Assembly: GCF_018977255.1 (NCBI RefSeq)
Contig: NW_024704743.1
Span: forward strand, 87,050,001-87,114,000
Direction: 5' to 3'
Length of the DNA stretch: 64,000 nt
DNA from: Callorhinchus milii
Lineage: Eukaryota
Shown here: piece after piece, positions 1 to 13,155 of the stretch
How positions within the stretch are numbered: the stretch's first letter is position 1
How the letters are laid out: every line of letters starts with the position of its first letter
Position numbers and translations under genes: made by a program
Notes under the pieces: generated by a model
Told to the model about the DNA's origin: nothing
Seen by the model: the letters and a program-made list of their open reading frames with translations, nothing else
Database searches by the model: none

Positions 1-395
1 GAGGACCAGGATCTTGAACTGTATCCTCTGTGTGATGGGAAGTCAGTGGAGTCAGGCGAGGATGGGGGTGATAGGGTCATGGAGTCTGGTGCGGGAAGGA
101 TACGGGCTGCAGAGTTCTGGATGATCTGCAGCCTATGGAGGGGGGAGTTGGGGAGGCCGACAAGCAATGAGTTTGCATAGTCGAGCCTCAATGTAATTAA
201 AGCATGTATGAGGGTTTGGTGGCCTGCGGTGTGAGACAGTGATGGAGCCGGGCGATGTTGCGGAGGTGGGGGAAGGCAGAGCGGGTCATGGCGCAGATGT
301 GGGGTAGAAAAGACAGTTGAGGGTGAAACAAGATGCCAAGGTTCCGGACTGGCTTAGCAAGGTGGAGTGTGCAACCATGGATGGTGATGCTGTCA
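1..395 (-). mobile_element. L2 LINE ORF2 3' fragment (5'-truncated, runs off the window edge)
   Basis: Reverse complement closely matches about 58620-59015; translation [20 protein letters not shown] is typical of the L2 RT C-terminus. Confidence 0.92.
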
Positions 396-611
396 ACGAG
401 TAATAAGGAACAGTACATTATTGAAATAAAATAAAATGCCCAAATGGTCCTGGACATCACTTTTGATTTCTGGCAATAAGTTGACTTGCATCATATATTC
501 AAATCAATTTAGCAATTTAGCAGATAGTTTCACATTCATTTGGATTGTGCACACTCTACCTGTAGGGACTCAGTTAAAAGTTGTGATTATACAAAACAAT
601 ACAAAATATTT

Positions 612-722
612 TTTTTATAGCGGTTTTATGTCAGAAGGACATTCCAAGGCGCTGGGCAGTCAAGGATTTGGACCTGAGCAGGGAGTTGGGGGGCTGGTGG
701 GGGGAGGCGGGGGTTTAGGGGT
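612..722 (-). mobile_element. Degraded L2 3' tail
   Basis: tatagcggttttatgtcagaaggacattccaaggcgctg..ggacctgagcaggg aligns with the tails at 18240-18310 and 63925-64000. Confidence 0.7.
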
Positions 723-2849
723 GGTCCCTTGGCTTCTTGCATATTGCCATTGAAAATTGTGATGTGCAGAAATACTAGGGCCAAAGAGCAACAATAATCT
801 GAGATCAAATGCAGCTGAGAAAACATTCCACACAATACCAGGGCTCAGTTTGGATTTTACAGGTGAGCTCTCTGGCCCATGTTGGATTCACAGGAGTGGT
901 TTGGTTAAAAAGGGCCCTTCGGCCCAGTAGATTTCATCCTTCCAGAATATCCATCCTATAATCTTTCTATTGCAGCATCAAATTGTCTCTTAATTGCATG
1001 AGGTTAACCTAGAGTAATGAAGAGGGGAAAAGAAAGATCAGGAAATAATTGCCTGTTTTATTGCAGTAGCCTACAATTACACAGCATCAATCAGCACAGC
1101 ATTGTTTATATAGATATATAAATATAATATACCCATTTCAAAAAATCAATTTCAGGCTTAGCAGAAAAATACAATAGTATAGAATGAAAAGGTTATCAAT
1201 GCATTTAGGAACAATCAATACAGAAGAGAGATTTGAGCTAAATTTGATACCTTTCAATTGTATTGGCCTGTGATAACTGTCCTGATAACCTTTCCAATGG
1301 GCTGTAATATATATATACAATATATACAGTATATAGAAGTGGCACTGGAAGAGCAAACATCACTTCACAGAATTATATCTAGAGGCTATCAACTCCTGGA
1401 GAATTGTGAGACGCAGTGACACTTCTTCTGCAGTAATTCAGTCACTTCCCTCCTTCTATGACCTCTATCTCCACCTATCTTTGTTAGAGGACGGGGATGT
1501 GTATCATTTTGAGGCACTCCCACAGCTTTTCTCCATGAATAATAAATGTTTCTTATATTTAACATAGCAGCTTTAATATTGGTAGGATGTCACAAAGCAT
1601 GTCACAGGCATAACTATGAAGTGAAGTGACTGTATTTTCTAGAAAAATGCAGCAGCCAATTTGTGCAGAGCAATGTTGTACAAACAGCCATAAAGCAAAT
1701 GAGAAATTTTCTTTGGAGAATTGTTGGCCAGAATACCGGGAGAACCTTGCTGCTATAGAATAGCGTATGATATCATAAGTCTGATGAGACTGATAAGTGT
1801 AATAAGTATGATAAGTCTGATTTTTCATCTGCTCCACTCAGGATATGCTATTGCAAGTATCCACGGAACAGGCTGGACAGTCCAATTGGCCTGCATCTGC
1901 TCCTTTACTGATTATCCCAACAGAGCCAACAGAGACAGAGATGCATTCCAGGTAGTGAGGGATAATCTGTATTTCTAAACCATTCTGTAAAAACAAAGCC
2001 ACATTTGTACCCGGAGCTGTGGCTTAGTGGTGCTGTCGATTTCCCAGCTGCAGACTATGCACCAACCAGCAGGAGAAGCCTGCAGCCCGCCAGGCAGGCG
2101 TAACAAAGCTATCATTGCCCGAACGCCGCAAGTATTTCCTTAAAAACTGTGTACTAATTACAAATGTGCTAAAATTCCTACCCAGTTCGAACGCACTCAT
2201 TTCTAATTAAATGCAACCACCATTATAATTACTAAAACAAACACTCGAAAAGCCTTACTGGAGCAATATCAACAAAAATTAAATATTCCGTAAGGGAAAA
2301 TGTGCAAGAGGTCTGTGTGAGTGAGATAATTCTCTATCCTCAGGCTTGTTAGTTCAGCGCCAGTGGGTCTCCCCACCAAGCAGCCAACTGAGAACTCTTA
2401 ACAAACTCAGCACACTGTTGACTGTTTATTGCACCCAGCATCCACTTGGATTCCAACCGAACTTATTAGAGGTTCGCTATATTACTGTGCACTCTGTTAG
2501 ACTTATGGCAGCTTAACTCCTTCCAGCTAGTGCTACTGTTTCAAATGAACCTTTAATCAAAAAGCGACTGTTACGGATGTCTGACCTTGCAGCAGTTACT
2601 GATAGCATTATAAGAATATCACTGCTTCAGTCATGTGAAAGATTAGACACGTTTTTTTTAAAACCAAAAATGCAAGGGGAATTTTTTTTTGTTATTTTAG
2701 TTCCTCAAATCTCTTCACAGCCCCAGTTTTCAATTTATCTGCCGGAATTTGCTCTTCTTTTAGCCAAATGTAGAATGATGAACTTTTCCAACGACTTGTA
2801 TAGACCAGAAAGGCTCGTCAGGTTGCTGTTTTCATTTTGCATGGTGTTA

Positions 2850-3065
2850 TAAGAACGTAAGAATATAAGAAATGTTGGATGAAAGAAAGACCAGAGTCCA
2901 TCTTGTTCGCCTTCCACCTGCTACAAACTACCTATAAACTATATCCTATAATGTTATTTCCTTAAAGAAAACTATCTTATCTGTGTTTGAATGAATCAAC
3001 ATTTTCCACTTCAACCATTTCCCTAGGGAGTCAGTTCCACAGGTTTACTATTCGCTCACTGAACT
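2850..3065 (-). mobile_element. CR1 LINE 3' end, degraded
   Basis: taagaacgtaagaatataagaa octamer-type tail, followed by ttccacttcaaccatttccctagggagtcagttccacagg (antisense of W-N-x-L-P..VVE). Confidence 0.7.
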
Positions 3066-3596
3066 TCACCTCCCAAAACCCACTCCCTGTTTGAAACAGT
3101 TTGGCATCAAACTAGCAATCTCATTTAGAAGAGCCAAATGGTGGAAATATCACACCGATACATGAGGAATCCTCTTTTGATGCACGGTACTGGGGGTTTA
3201 GCTTTGCAATTAACTCATGCTTATATCTGAGCAAGTATTTGATTTTGGTGCTGGATAAAATATATTTCATCCCTCGACTGATATCCCTCACACTGATACA
3301 TAGAGCATTTGCCAAAATTGGACAATACATCATTCCTTTCGCTCCATATCCAGAGATATTTCATCCATTGCACTTTATTGAACAATGAGCATTAGCCACA
3401 CTTTTGCATCACTCCTGTGAATGAGTGGAAGATTCTGTACCGTTGCATATAAATTACAAGCCGATGGACTGAATGGCCTTCTTTAGTGCTATAAAATCCT
3501 ATTACAGACCAAATCAGAACAAGAACTGAAATGAAATTTTCCTCTCTTTTCAATGACAAATGTATAGACCTTATCCATGTTATTACCCTACACTTT

Positions 3597-3913
3597 TAAT
3601 AATAATAATAATCCTTGCATTTGATATAGTGCGTTTCACGTCTTCTAGACATCTCAAAGCGCTTCACAGAATATACTATAAAGTGAATTGACTGTATATT
3701 TGTGGGCAAAACACAGCAGCCAATTGCACACAGCAGTGTCCCACAAACAGTTGTGGATTGAAGTGACCAATTTATTATTGTTTTTTTTTCTTGAGGGATT
3801 ATTATCAGGCGTGTGGAGTAAGGAAACTTGCTCAAGGTTTCATTCTGCTTGGAATCGAACCCAGGTCTCTCGCTTATGAGGCGAGTGCTCTAACCACTGA
3901 GCTACAGGACTCC
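3597..3913 (-). mobile_element. Young tRNA-derived SINE with L2-type tail, short form
   Basis: Head ggagtcctgtagctcagtggttagagc (A box) and gggttcgattcc (B box), shared body, (ATT)n tail; matches many copies in the window. Confidence 0.93.
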
Positions 3914-4364
3914 ACTGATCTCTACTGTCAAGTTTGATTGTGCAATTTAAAAACAGCAGCCTATTTAAACATTACTTGTATGCTAATAATAATCCTTGCA
4001 CTGGATTTACTGTAGCATCTTTCACATCAATGTCTCAAGGTGCTTCACGGGATTTACTGTGAAGTGTAGTGAAATGAATTGCCTGTGTATTTCGTAGGCA
4101 AACCTGGTAGATTTCCTGATCCAAGCTATACAAAAAGGTCCAGAGATTGCTTTTAGTTTAAACCTGCTCTAATTTGTCCTGAGATGAAATAAAGAACTGC
4201 ACGATTAGTGCTTTGCTAATTTTCAGATCTTTGGCCTGAAATTCCACTTATATTTAACATGTATGACTAAATTATCTTTTAATATTGCACTGAACTGTAG
4301 AAAAAAAATCAGTCTTAATGTAGCAGAACCCGCTCCCGCTTCCAAAATACAACTGGATTCATGA

Positions 4365-4770
4365 ATGATACAGTTCAAGATCCTGTTCCTCACCTTCAAA
4401 GCCCTCCACGGTCTTGCTCCCCTCTACCTCTCCAACCTCCTAACCCCCTACTACCCTGTTCGCTCCCTCCACTCAGCGGGCTCCGGCCTGCTTCACGTCC
4501 CCCGCCTTGCTCGCCCCACTATCGGTGGGCGGGCCTTCCGCCAGTGCACCCACCCTCTGGAACTCCATCCCACAGTCCCTTTGTCTCATCCCCTCCCTCA
4601 CCACCTTCAACACCCACCCCAAGACCCTCCTCTTCGACCGTGCTTTCGATCTCCCTGCTTCCCCCTCGCCCTCCCCCCTCACCCACCCCAACCCTCAGCT
4701 TGGGTCCGTAACTCTGGGACGTCCTCCCGACGTGAAAGGCGCTATACAAATGTCATTTTGTTGTTGTTGT
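4365..4770 (+). mobile_element. L2 LINE 3' fragment with type-A tail
   Basis: IQFKILFLTFKALHGLAPLYL..GGRAF..LWNSIP; ends gggacgtcctcccgacgtgaaaggcgctatacaaatg(ttg)n. Confidence 0.93.
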
Positions 4771-4896
4771 TGGGTCACAATTTTGGGTCTCTTGAGTTTA
4801 ACAGTTGATCGTGTCACTGGGCTCCACCATTGCATATTGCACAATCTAAGCTAGTTTTGTTATAATTTCATTTAATAAATTATTTTATTCTGATTC

Positions 4897-5105
4897 GTTG
4901 GGAATTTGACACGTGCGGAAACCCATAACCAATTTTAAGAGTATCCAAACCGGATTGAGAGATCTCTGGAATGGATTGTGCTCTCTCTCCCTGGAGGAAC
5001 GTATCATGCTTAACTAATTCTGGAAAGTATTAGGCAAAGGTTGACAAGAGTCAAGGCGTGAGAACTCCAGAGTGGAGCACTGCTTGAGTTTAACCAGCTA
5101 AAACT
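4897..5105 (-). mobile_element. Unnamed ancient long SINE-like repeat (family X), 3' part
   Basis: Shares gacacgtgcggaaa..ttaagagtatccaaacc, ctaattctggaaagtatt and taaccagctaaaac with copies at 21.2, 30.1 and 50.2 kb. Confidence 0.75.
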
Positions 5106-5804
5106 CTTAATAAATGCTAATAATAAAAATAATCCTTACATTTGATATAGCACCTGCCCCACAGAATGTACTGTAAAGTGTGTGTTTGTTTTGTGTGTTT
5201 TGTGGGCAAATAACAGTATAATACTTATTATTTATAATAGTTGCTTTTGATATAAAAGCTCATCACACTGAAGTGTTGATTTCACTGGATTTTTTTACTT
5301 CTCTGTAAAGATCAAACATCTAAAGTTATTGATGAAAATAAACTTTCACAGCATCATTATCATCGCCACCATAAATATCTGATTCAACTAAGGCATCAAC
5401 AGCAGAGCACGACTGAAAGCACGTTTCTTTATTGCTGATTTTTACTGGTGATTGATGAAATTATGGATGTATTCAGCACTTTTAGCAGGTTAATACAGAG
5501 CAACAATGACAGGAATCCACTGTATAAACAAGATGAATTCATGGCAGGCCTAAATGAAGTTTTCACTAAGCTTCACATGATATGGATAAGGTTTACAATG
5601 TCGGCAGAGATTCACTGTTGGCTATTTTTTTAAAAGGCATCATGTTTTAGGGATTTGCTATAGTAAGAACATCTACATTCACAAAGAGCACTAATGCACA
5701 TGCTTCCCAAGGAATGCTGCAATTAAATCTTTCAGGCTTCACTAGCACATTCATTTTAGGGAAAAGCCACAAGAGCAGTTAGGTAGTTCCAAACTAAAGA
5801 TTAA

Positions 5805-5950
5805 CAGCAATTTATATTTACGTAGCACCTTTTATGTCAGGAGGACACCTCAAAATCTTTTCATGTAACTGCAGGGAGCCTGAGCTGGGGTGGTAGGGAA
5901 GGTGCCCAGAAGCATGGTTGAATAGATAGATTTTAAGAGATAGATTTAAG
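5805..5950 (-). mobile_element. Degraded L2 3' tail
   Basis: tagcaccttttatgtcaggaggacacctcaaa plus aagcatggttgaa..ttttaag, similar to the other L2 antisense tails. Confidence 0.6.
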
Positions 5951-6039
5951 TACGGAATACTAGGATGTGCAGCATTCACTAGGATATTGCCTGGAATAAG
6001 GAAATACAGTTATAGGGAAAGGCTTGATAAACTATGACA

Positions 6040-6455
6040 TTTTTTTTTGGAGCTCAGGAGGCTGGGAGGGGATACGATAGAAGTGTAAGATGATGGGAGG
6101 CTTAGATAGGATGGACAAGGAAGGATAATTTCCCAGGATCGGGAGGCTAGAACTAAAACGTATAGCTTTATTTTCGAAACAGGGAGATCCAGAATGGAGA
6201 TTAGGAAGAATTTTTTCACAGAGTGGTGGGAATGTGGAGTTCTCTGCCACAGTCAGTTGTTGAAGTAGCAACCAATGCGCATGTTCACAAAAAGACTGGA
6301 CACATGGTTCAGGGAGAATAAAGTTGAGGGATATGGGGAAAAAACCGGAATATGGAACTAGAGGTAGGGTCCAGGATGGGCATTCTTGTGGAGTATAACA
6401 TGAGCGAGACTAGATGGGTTAAAGAGCTTGGTTCTGAGATATACCTTTTATGAAT
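6040..6455 (+). mobile_element. CR1 LINE 3' end
   Basis: aggctgggaggggatacgatagaagtgta (RLRGD-like), ttttttcacagagtggtgggaatgtggagttctctgcc (FFxQRVV..WN.LP-like), CR1-like 3'UTR. Confidence 0.8.
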
Positions 6456-6561
6456 CTTCTAGAAATACTAATAATTAAGTGGTAATTCAGACCAGCATAT
6501 GATCAGGAACCTGTGACACCGCACCTTCAAATTAAATGTGAAAAAAGTGTCAGTGCAATAA

Positions 6562-6876
6562 CAATAATATAATAATAATCCTTGCATTTGATATAGCGCT
6601 TTTCACGTCTTCTCGACGCCTCAAAGCGCTTCACAGAATAGACTGTAAAGTGAATTTACTGTATATTTGTGGGCGAAACGTGGCAGCCAATTGCGCACAG
6701 CAGTGTCCCACAAACATCCTTGGATTGAAAATGACCAATCTATTATCATTTTGTTTTGGAGGGATTTTTATTATTAGGAGTGTGAAGTAAGGAAACTTGC
6801 CTAAATTTTCACCTTGCCTGGAATTGAACCCAGGTGTCTTGCTTACAAGGCAAGTGCTCTAACCACTGAGCTACAG
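6562..6876 (-). mobile_element. Young tRNA-derived SINE, short form
   Basis: Full body, head and (ATT)n tail match the other copies. Confidence 0.93.
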
Positions 6877-8527
6877 CCACTGCAATGATCTGAATAACTG
6901 AATACAGAACTATTGGATTCAGATTAAATATGTTGCATAATACCTCTATTGTTTGGTTTATCGCTTTAAGACGTCCAGAATAATAAGAAGATGTGAAAAG
7001 CACTATATCAAATGCAAGGAGTATTATATTATATATTATATATTATATTTATCACTTGCATTTTATGGCTCAACCTCATAAAAAAAATCATATTTGGTTT
7101 GCAAAATCATTATTATAACAATAATGTTGTAACAATAATCCTTGCATTTGATGTAGTGCCTATGATGTTGAAACGTCTCAAAGCTCTTTACTGTTCAGTA
7201 TAATTAGTGACTGTGTATTTTGTAGGCAAACAAGGTAGCCAATCTGCACACAGCAGTGTCCCAAAACAGCCAGAAGGTGAATGATCAATTTATCTGAATA
7301 ATGAATTACTGTACTTTCCAAACTATTACTGATTTGCAAACCTCTCTCATCCTTATTGCCTCACCCTATGTAAGAAATAAGATGTTTCATGGATACATGA
7401 TGCAAATAAAGGACCCTGTAATAATTTGAAACAAAATACCTTCTTTCACCGCAATCTTATAAGGGAAGCTTTTTTTTTGTCACATAGTGGTGGGAAAGTC
7501 CTGGAACAAAATAAGTGGAGGTTTAATTTGCACAGTGTGTGTTAGTGCTGATTGCTATGCTAATGGAAATCTGTAGTATTTATAAACCATTGTGCAAATT
7601 GAAAAGCTACTGCAGGAATATTTTCTAATTCAGTCATTTTCTCTGCAGTTTGGCTGCAGTGCAGTGCCAGCACACAATGATCACAAACAGCGACGGGTAT
7701 GAAAGTCGCTACCCAAAATGCTCAGAAAGAAACCGCAATAGGATCTTTTTTTTCAAACCCCATGATAAGACATCAATAATGTCTGTTAGCCAGATAAAAA
7801 TCAATCTGTCCTCAACACATTCCAACGCACGACAACATTTTGCAAGCTTTTGCTGCAATCGAAATAGTGACATGACAACATGCTGGGGATTATTGTTAAG
7901 TTGTTACTACAGTTGTCTGCTTTTGGCTGCTCACTGGAGGTGGAGAAATTGGCATTATTGTAGGAAATTATAATTATTGCAAGAAGAAATACTGAGTAAG
8001 GAGAGCACTCATGCTTGTCTAGTCAGTAATCAAATTTGAGTTAAAATAACAAAGGTACATGATAGAAATTGTGAAAACCTTTGAGACTTTCTAATAATTT
8101 TCTACATTTGTAATTTGTTACGAGGAAATAAGAAAGCTTGTACAATAATCGTGGACTCTAACCCAATCATGTAATCACCTGAGAGGCCATTCTTAATAAA
8201 TACTCCCTGATCTTCATAAGTTATCAAGTGAAAATTCCCCATATTCATACATTCTTATACGTTCACTATTCAAACCTGGCTTATTACCTTCGCTCTTTCT
8301 AACCAGTTAAAAAGGTCTGTTGGGAAACTTCAATGAATCACATTTAAATTCTTTCCTTTCTCCACCTCTGCTAATGGACACCTCTGCATTTTATACTACT
8401 GTATATCTTGTTTCAGTTTGTATTATGTGGCATGTATCCGTGTTAATTTACAGCTAAATATATCTGTCACTCCTCAGCCCAGCTGTTTAATTAATCTAGA
8501 TGTTCCTGGATTCTATTTATGTTACAT

Positions 8528-9033
8528 GTCAGCCTGGCTCAGTTGGGAGCATTCATTGATCTCTGCGAGAAGGTTGTGGGTTTGCACCCAAGTTGCAACT
8601 TGGAACTCACATAGTCAATGCTGAAACTCCAATGTAGTGCTGGGTGTCCACTGCATTGTCAGGGATGGCGTCTTTCATATGATACATTTGAGTGTAAATA
8701 CTGGGGAAATCTACATTGTCAGAGGTGTCATCCTTTGGATGAGACTTTAAATCCAGGTACCATCTGCCTGTTCAGATGGATTTTAAAGATCCCTTGGCAC
8801 ATTTTAAAAAGAGAAGGGAGTTGCTCCTAGTGTTCTGGCCAACAATCCCTCAGATAAAATTTATCACTCACTTCATGGCTGCTTGTAAAATATTGCTGTG
8901 CACAAATTGACTGCCGTGTTTGCCTACAAATATGCAGTCACTAAACATTTCACATTTTAAGTAAATTCTGTGAAGTGCTTTGAGGCATTTCACCACTAAA
9001 GTAAGACATTATATCAAGTATAAAGATTATTAT
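8528..9033 (+). mobile_element. Deu-domain SINE (AmnSINE1/SacSINE1-like) with an internal duplication
   Basis: gtcagcctggctcagttgg head; ggatgagactttaaa..ctgcctgttcagatgga..aaagatcccttggcac Deu core; L2-like tail. Confidence 0.8.
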
Positions 9034-10459
9034 TCTTGTCTTCCTCATATTATTCTCCTGTGCCATAACTTTGTACATTTTGTATTTTGTACTTTAGAAT
9101 ATACCTTGTGAATGTCTTTGAGATGTCCGCTAAACACCACTTCCTGTTGTGATTATTAACAACAAAAGCAACATTTATATCGTGCTCTTCACACGAGGTA
9201 ACATCTCGGAACGCTGAATATCAAAAGCTGTTTAATACACAATATTTGCAAAATGCATGTTTGGACCTCTGTGTTTTTGGCACTCCAGGTATTTCTTGCA
9301 CGTTTCTGGGATTGTGCTCGGGATTTTCAATACAACCTGTGAATATTGCAAATGAAATAGCTTTTGATATTCACAACCAGAATTTTGAGCATCAAATCCA
9401 GTTTGTGAATACGGCAACTTAGATGGGAGCATCAGCAATATTTATCATGACCTTCTGCTTTCTAGTGCTAAATTACATTTCAGTACAACTAGCTATCTTA
9501 TTAATCCTATGATTATACTCTGGCTAAATATCATGTGCCAAATCTCTTACCCACCCCATGCACTGAGAATGGCTTCAATTGCTCTCAGGTATTATAACAA
9601 GTTAAGTCAAAACTATAGTCCTTATTACACATCTATCCTCCTCCTACCCACAAACAGGTTTGACAATTTAATCCAAATATTTCCAAGAATTTTGCTGATA
9701 TAGTTATTATTTGTTGCTGTTACGATGTAAATTGCATACTTCACTAAAATTGACCTTTGCGTTTGCACAAATTACAACACAGAGGTATAATCATACAGAT
9801 TTCAACTCTGGTAAGTAATTTAAAAGTCAGCATCTGCGATTCAGAGAGCTGCTGACTGCACAGAATATTGGGATTACTGCAGATCCAAGTGAGCAAGAAA
9901 GCCCTTGAGATTAGAGCAGAGATTGTGATACAACTGACAGAAGTTTGCAGGGTTTCGTGTGGAACTGATTCAAGATTTCACAGTGTTTAACCACAATGGG
10001 AGGTGTGGAATTATTTGATCGTAACTGTAGTGATACTGTAGTTTATGAGTTCTGTTGAAAAAAATAAGAACTGCAAACCCTCATTTTGGACAGGTTGAAA
10101 TAAATTAGATTTCAGCAAATAATGTTCGGACTGCTGTGATTTTTGCTTATTCAAAGCTCTCTCGCAGAGGTCAGACTTTAAAAGTCAGATGGAATCCATC
10201 ACTGTTCCTGTATGTGAACCCTGCTCCTTCTGCAATGGGTTAGCATTTATGGCCCAAGTGCTCTTAAAGCACAAAAAGAGCATGAAATATACAATACACA
10301 CAAATGATTTGTTCGGTTGTTCAACCATATAAATTCTTAATATATAATTCATGCATTTGATATAGAGCTTTTCATGTTGGGAGGACACCTCAAAATGCTG
10401 TACACAGGATATACTGTAAAGTGGAGTAACGATGAACTTTGTAAGCAAACTTCTCAAGA

Positions 10460-11410
10460 GAGGTACGGATGAAGAAGGCCCTTTCTTTCACCCATTTAAT
10501 CCTGACCTTCCAGAAAACTCATCCTACCATTTTCCCATTACATCAACCTGTTTCTTGAATGATTTCAATATCTTGTCTTATACCACCCTTCCTGGTAACT
10601 CCTAAAATTGCTCGTTACAACCCTGAACTTGTATTTTCTTATCCTGCAGTCTTGGTGTATCTGAATTGTTCTGAAACTGCTCTCTCAATCTCATTTAGTA
10701 CACCTCTATAAGATACCCTCCTAAAGGTCTTTTTTGAAGACTGAAAGGCTAGTTTATCTATTCATTACTCATCGCTCTGAAGATGAGCCTTGTTGCTATC
10801 CTCTGCACTGTAATAGGTGGCCGCTTCTGTCATGGTGATCAGACTGTACACAATGCTCAACAAAAACAATTTGTATTTATCAGGTGACTTTCATGCAAAT
10901 GGAATGTCTGAAAGCACTTCAAAGTGCAGGCTGAGCAGAGCATTGTGCAGCTTGAGCATAACATCTGGGATCTGAACTCCAGTGATTTGGGCATGTACAC
11001 ACGGAGTCCAGTTCACATTGTTTATTGCTGCCTCATATAGCTTGGACATGGTGAGTGACAAGTCAAATACTATAGGTCTCTTTCAACATCCTTCTTGGCA
11101 AGGTTTATCCCACCCATAGAGTAAATGTGTTCTTATTAATATCTTATACATGTTCTTATTCATATTTTGGGATACAGTGTATAGTTTGGGACATGACATG
11201 TCAAGCGACTGCCTTGGTTTGCTTTCACCTAGCAAATTCTTATGTTCTTATATGCCTTTTACATTCCACTTCCTGTACTTCAGTATTCATTGACTTCCAT
11301 AAAATGACCAACATTGCAGTTCATAACTTCTTTGCGTTGCTATGATATTGACTCATAATAATAGGTCTGTAGCAGTCAAGCAATGGACGGTTCTGTACAT
11401 ACAGCTAATT
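10460..11410 (-). mobile_element. Highly degraded CR1 ORF2/3'UTR fragments
   Basis: gatgaagaaggccc tail start, accacccttcctggtaac, cagactgtacacaatgctc and atagcttggacat..taggtctctttc are antisense CR1 landmarks also seen at 25812-26505 and 54905-55200. Confidence 0.6.
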
Positions 11411-12439
11411 GGCATTTTCATCATTCACACATTTTAATTTGCTTAAAAGACCTCACCTTTGATTAGATGATTGTGATAAGCTAAACATAATAGCCAGTTG
11501 AAGTGAGAAAATTACTTTTCATAAAGAATAGTTATCATTTAAATATTATTATTTTGCCCTGCTTTGAATAGTTTCAATAGTAGATGAAGTCCCAAGAGAA
11601 AGGTACATTTATGCATTTGATGCTCCTGTGACACTGTATTTTTCTGAGATGGAAAAAAGGAGGTGAATATCAAAGGAATAATGCCCATTACAAAAATGAA
11701 CCGTGCATTCAATTTATTTTTAATTAATATTTTTATTATTCAATCACCCCTAAACACTGGACAGAACATTTTATTTGCAACATTTTCTTTGCATAATGTC
11801 ATTATTATTGTACACCAAAATTAACAGTAAATAAAATGGCACTTAATAATCTTTAAAATTTTAATTTTCCCTCCCCTCTCCTTTTTGTTTGTATTTGGAC
11901 ACTGTCTTTTTGACCTCTGTTCCCAGTATCCTTTATCTTCCTTTATTTTAGTTTTTCTCTTCCTTACACCAACTCCCTCTGGGAGATTCTTCCAATTCAT
12001 TTGACCAGTAATTCAATGATGTTGATTTGATTGCTTTCTACTGCCACTTCCCCTTGTACTATTCCATTTGAACCTGATGCCTAAGCATTAGGCTCTGTGA
12101 TCTTGCTGTGACCAATCCTGCAGGCTGCATGGCTGTTTTGATTTTCATAACAGTTCAATATCAGCACAATTAATTGAATTCTAGCTTTGGTCAGAACCTG
12201 TCTCACTTTAATTGCTTCCCCAACAAAATTGCTCCAATGTCGAGATTTCGAACAGATTTTTTTCATTATATGTACACACACACACATACAAACGTAAGTT
12301 CATTATCTTTCTGCAAAACTCTCAATGGGTGAATGCACCACACAATATGATCCTGACCCATAAAGATCTTGAAGGTCATATCTTTTTTCTTAGTCCGTAC
12401 TGAGTTCATTGTTCTCAGACGAAGCAGAGGGTGGGGGTG

Positions 12440-12625
12440 TTCACCTCTGGTAGACCAGAATTAGGCTTGTCTGTGATGTTCCCAGCAATCACATTGGGCT
12501 ACTGCTCACTGCGTTACTCAAATGTATTGGCTGAACATTTGGGTAAGGCATCAAAGAGCTGTCGGTGCCAATGTAGCCAAGTGCTAACATGAGCCAGGGG
12601 CTTCAGGAAAGGAGCGGAAAAGAGA
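12440..12625 (+). mobile_element. AmnSINE2-like SINE, 3' part
   Basis: ggcttgtctgtgatg..ctcactg..ttgggtaagg..cttcaggaaaggag is collinear with 19310-19620 and 62240-62582; family name is from recall. Confidence 0.55.
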
Positions 12626-12974
12626 AGAAAACATTTGCCAAGAAAAATCCCATTGCACTATTTCTCTAAGTAGAAAGGATGCATTTATTTCTTAGTCTTT
12701 GATGAGTTCTGGAAGGACTATCTGCCACAATGATTCCATCCATCTGCCTATCTGTAACTGAGAGATGGTAACAGCTGTGACCTATAAAGATGAGAGCGAC
12801 TGTGAGAATTCTTTTAGGAATAACAAAAATCATGTTTAAAGTTTAAAGACATCTGGAGCCCCAAATTTCTCATGTTGTCAGACTCTTAATGACCTTAAAA
12901 TGTAAGTTCTAGCAGAATTTAGGAAACAGTCTTATATACTGATTTTCTACCGTTCATTATCAGTAGATAAAGAA

Positions 12975-13155
12975 CCAGAGAATGTTATGGTCAAATTGGA
13001 GCAGAGGTTCACATACCTAGTTACTGTGTTCACATAGTATGTTCACATACGACATAGTTACTGTGGACTGGTTGTCCACAGACGCATCGGCATGTTGATG
13101 AAACAGCTTGACAGGGTCTGGAGTCAGTGACCCCTGTCCCTGGCTATGAAGCACA
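12975..13155 (+). mobile_element. RTE-clade LINE reverse-transcriptase relic
   Basis: Translates ..EQRFTYL.. then HRRIGMLMKQLDRVWSQ*PLSLAMK, resembling the RTE FTYLG / RRIG..L..VW..LSL.TK motifs. Confidence 0.6.

Noticed and set aside
1775..1821. Degenerate 9-bp tandem repeat (gataagtct-like)
   Set aside because: A short decayed minisatellite with no further structure.
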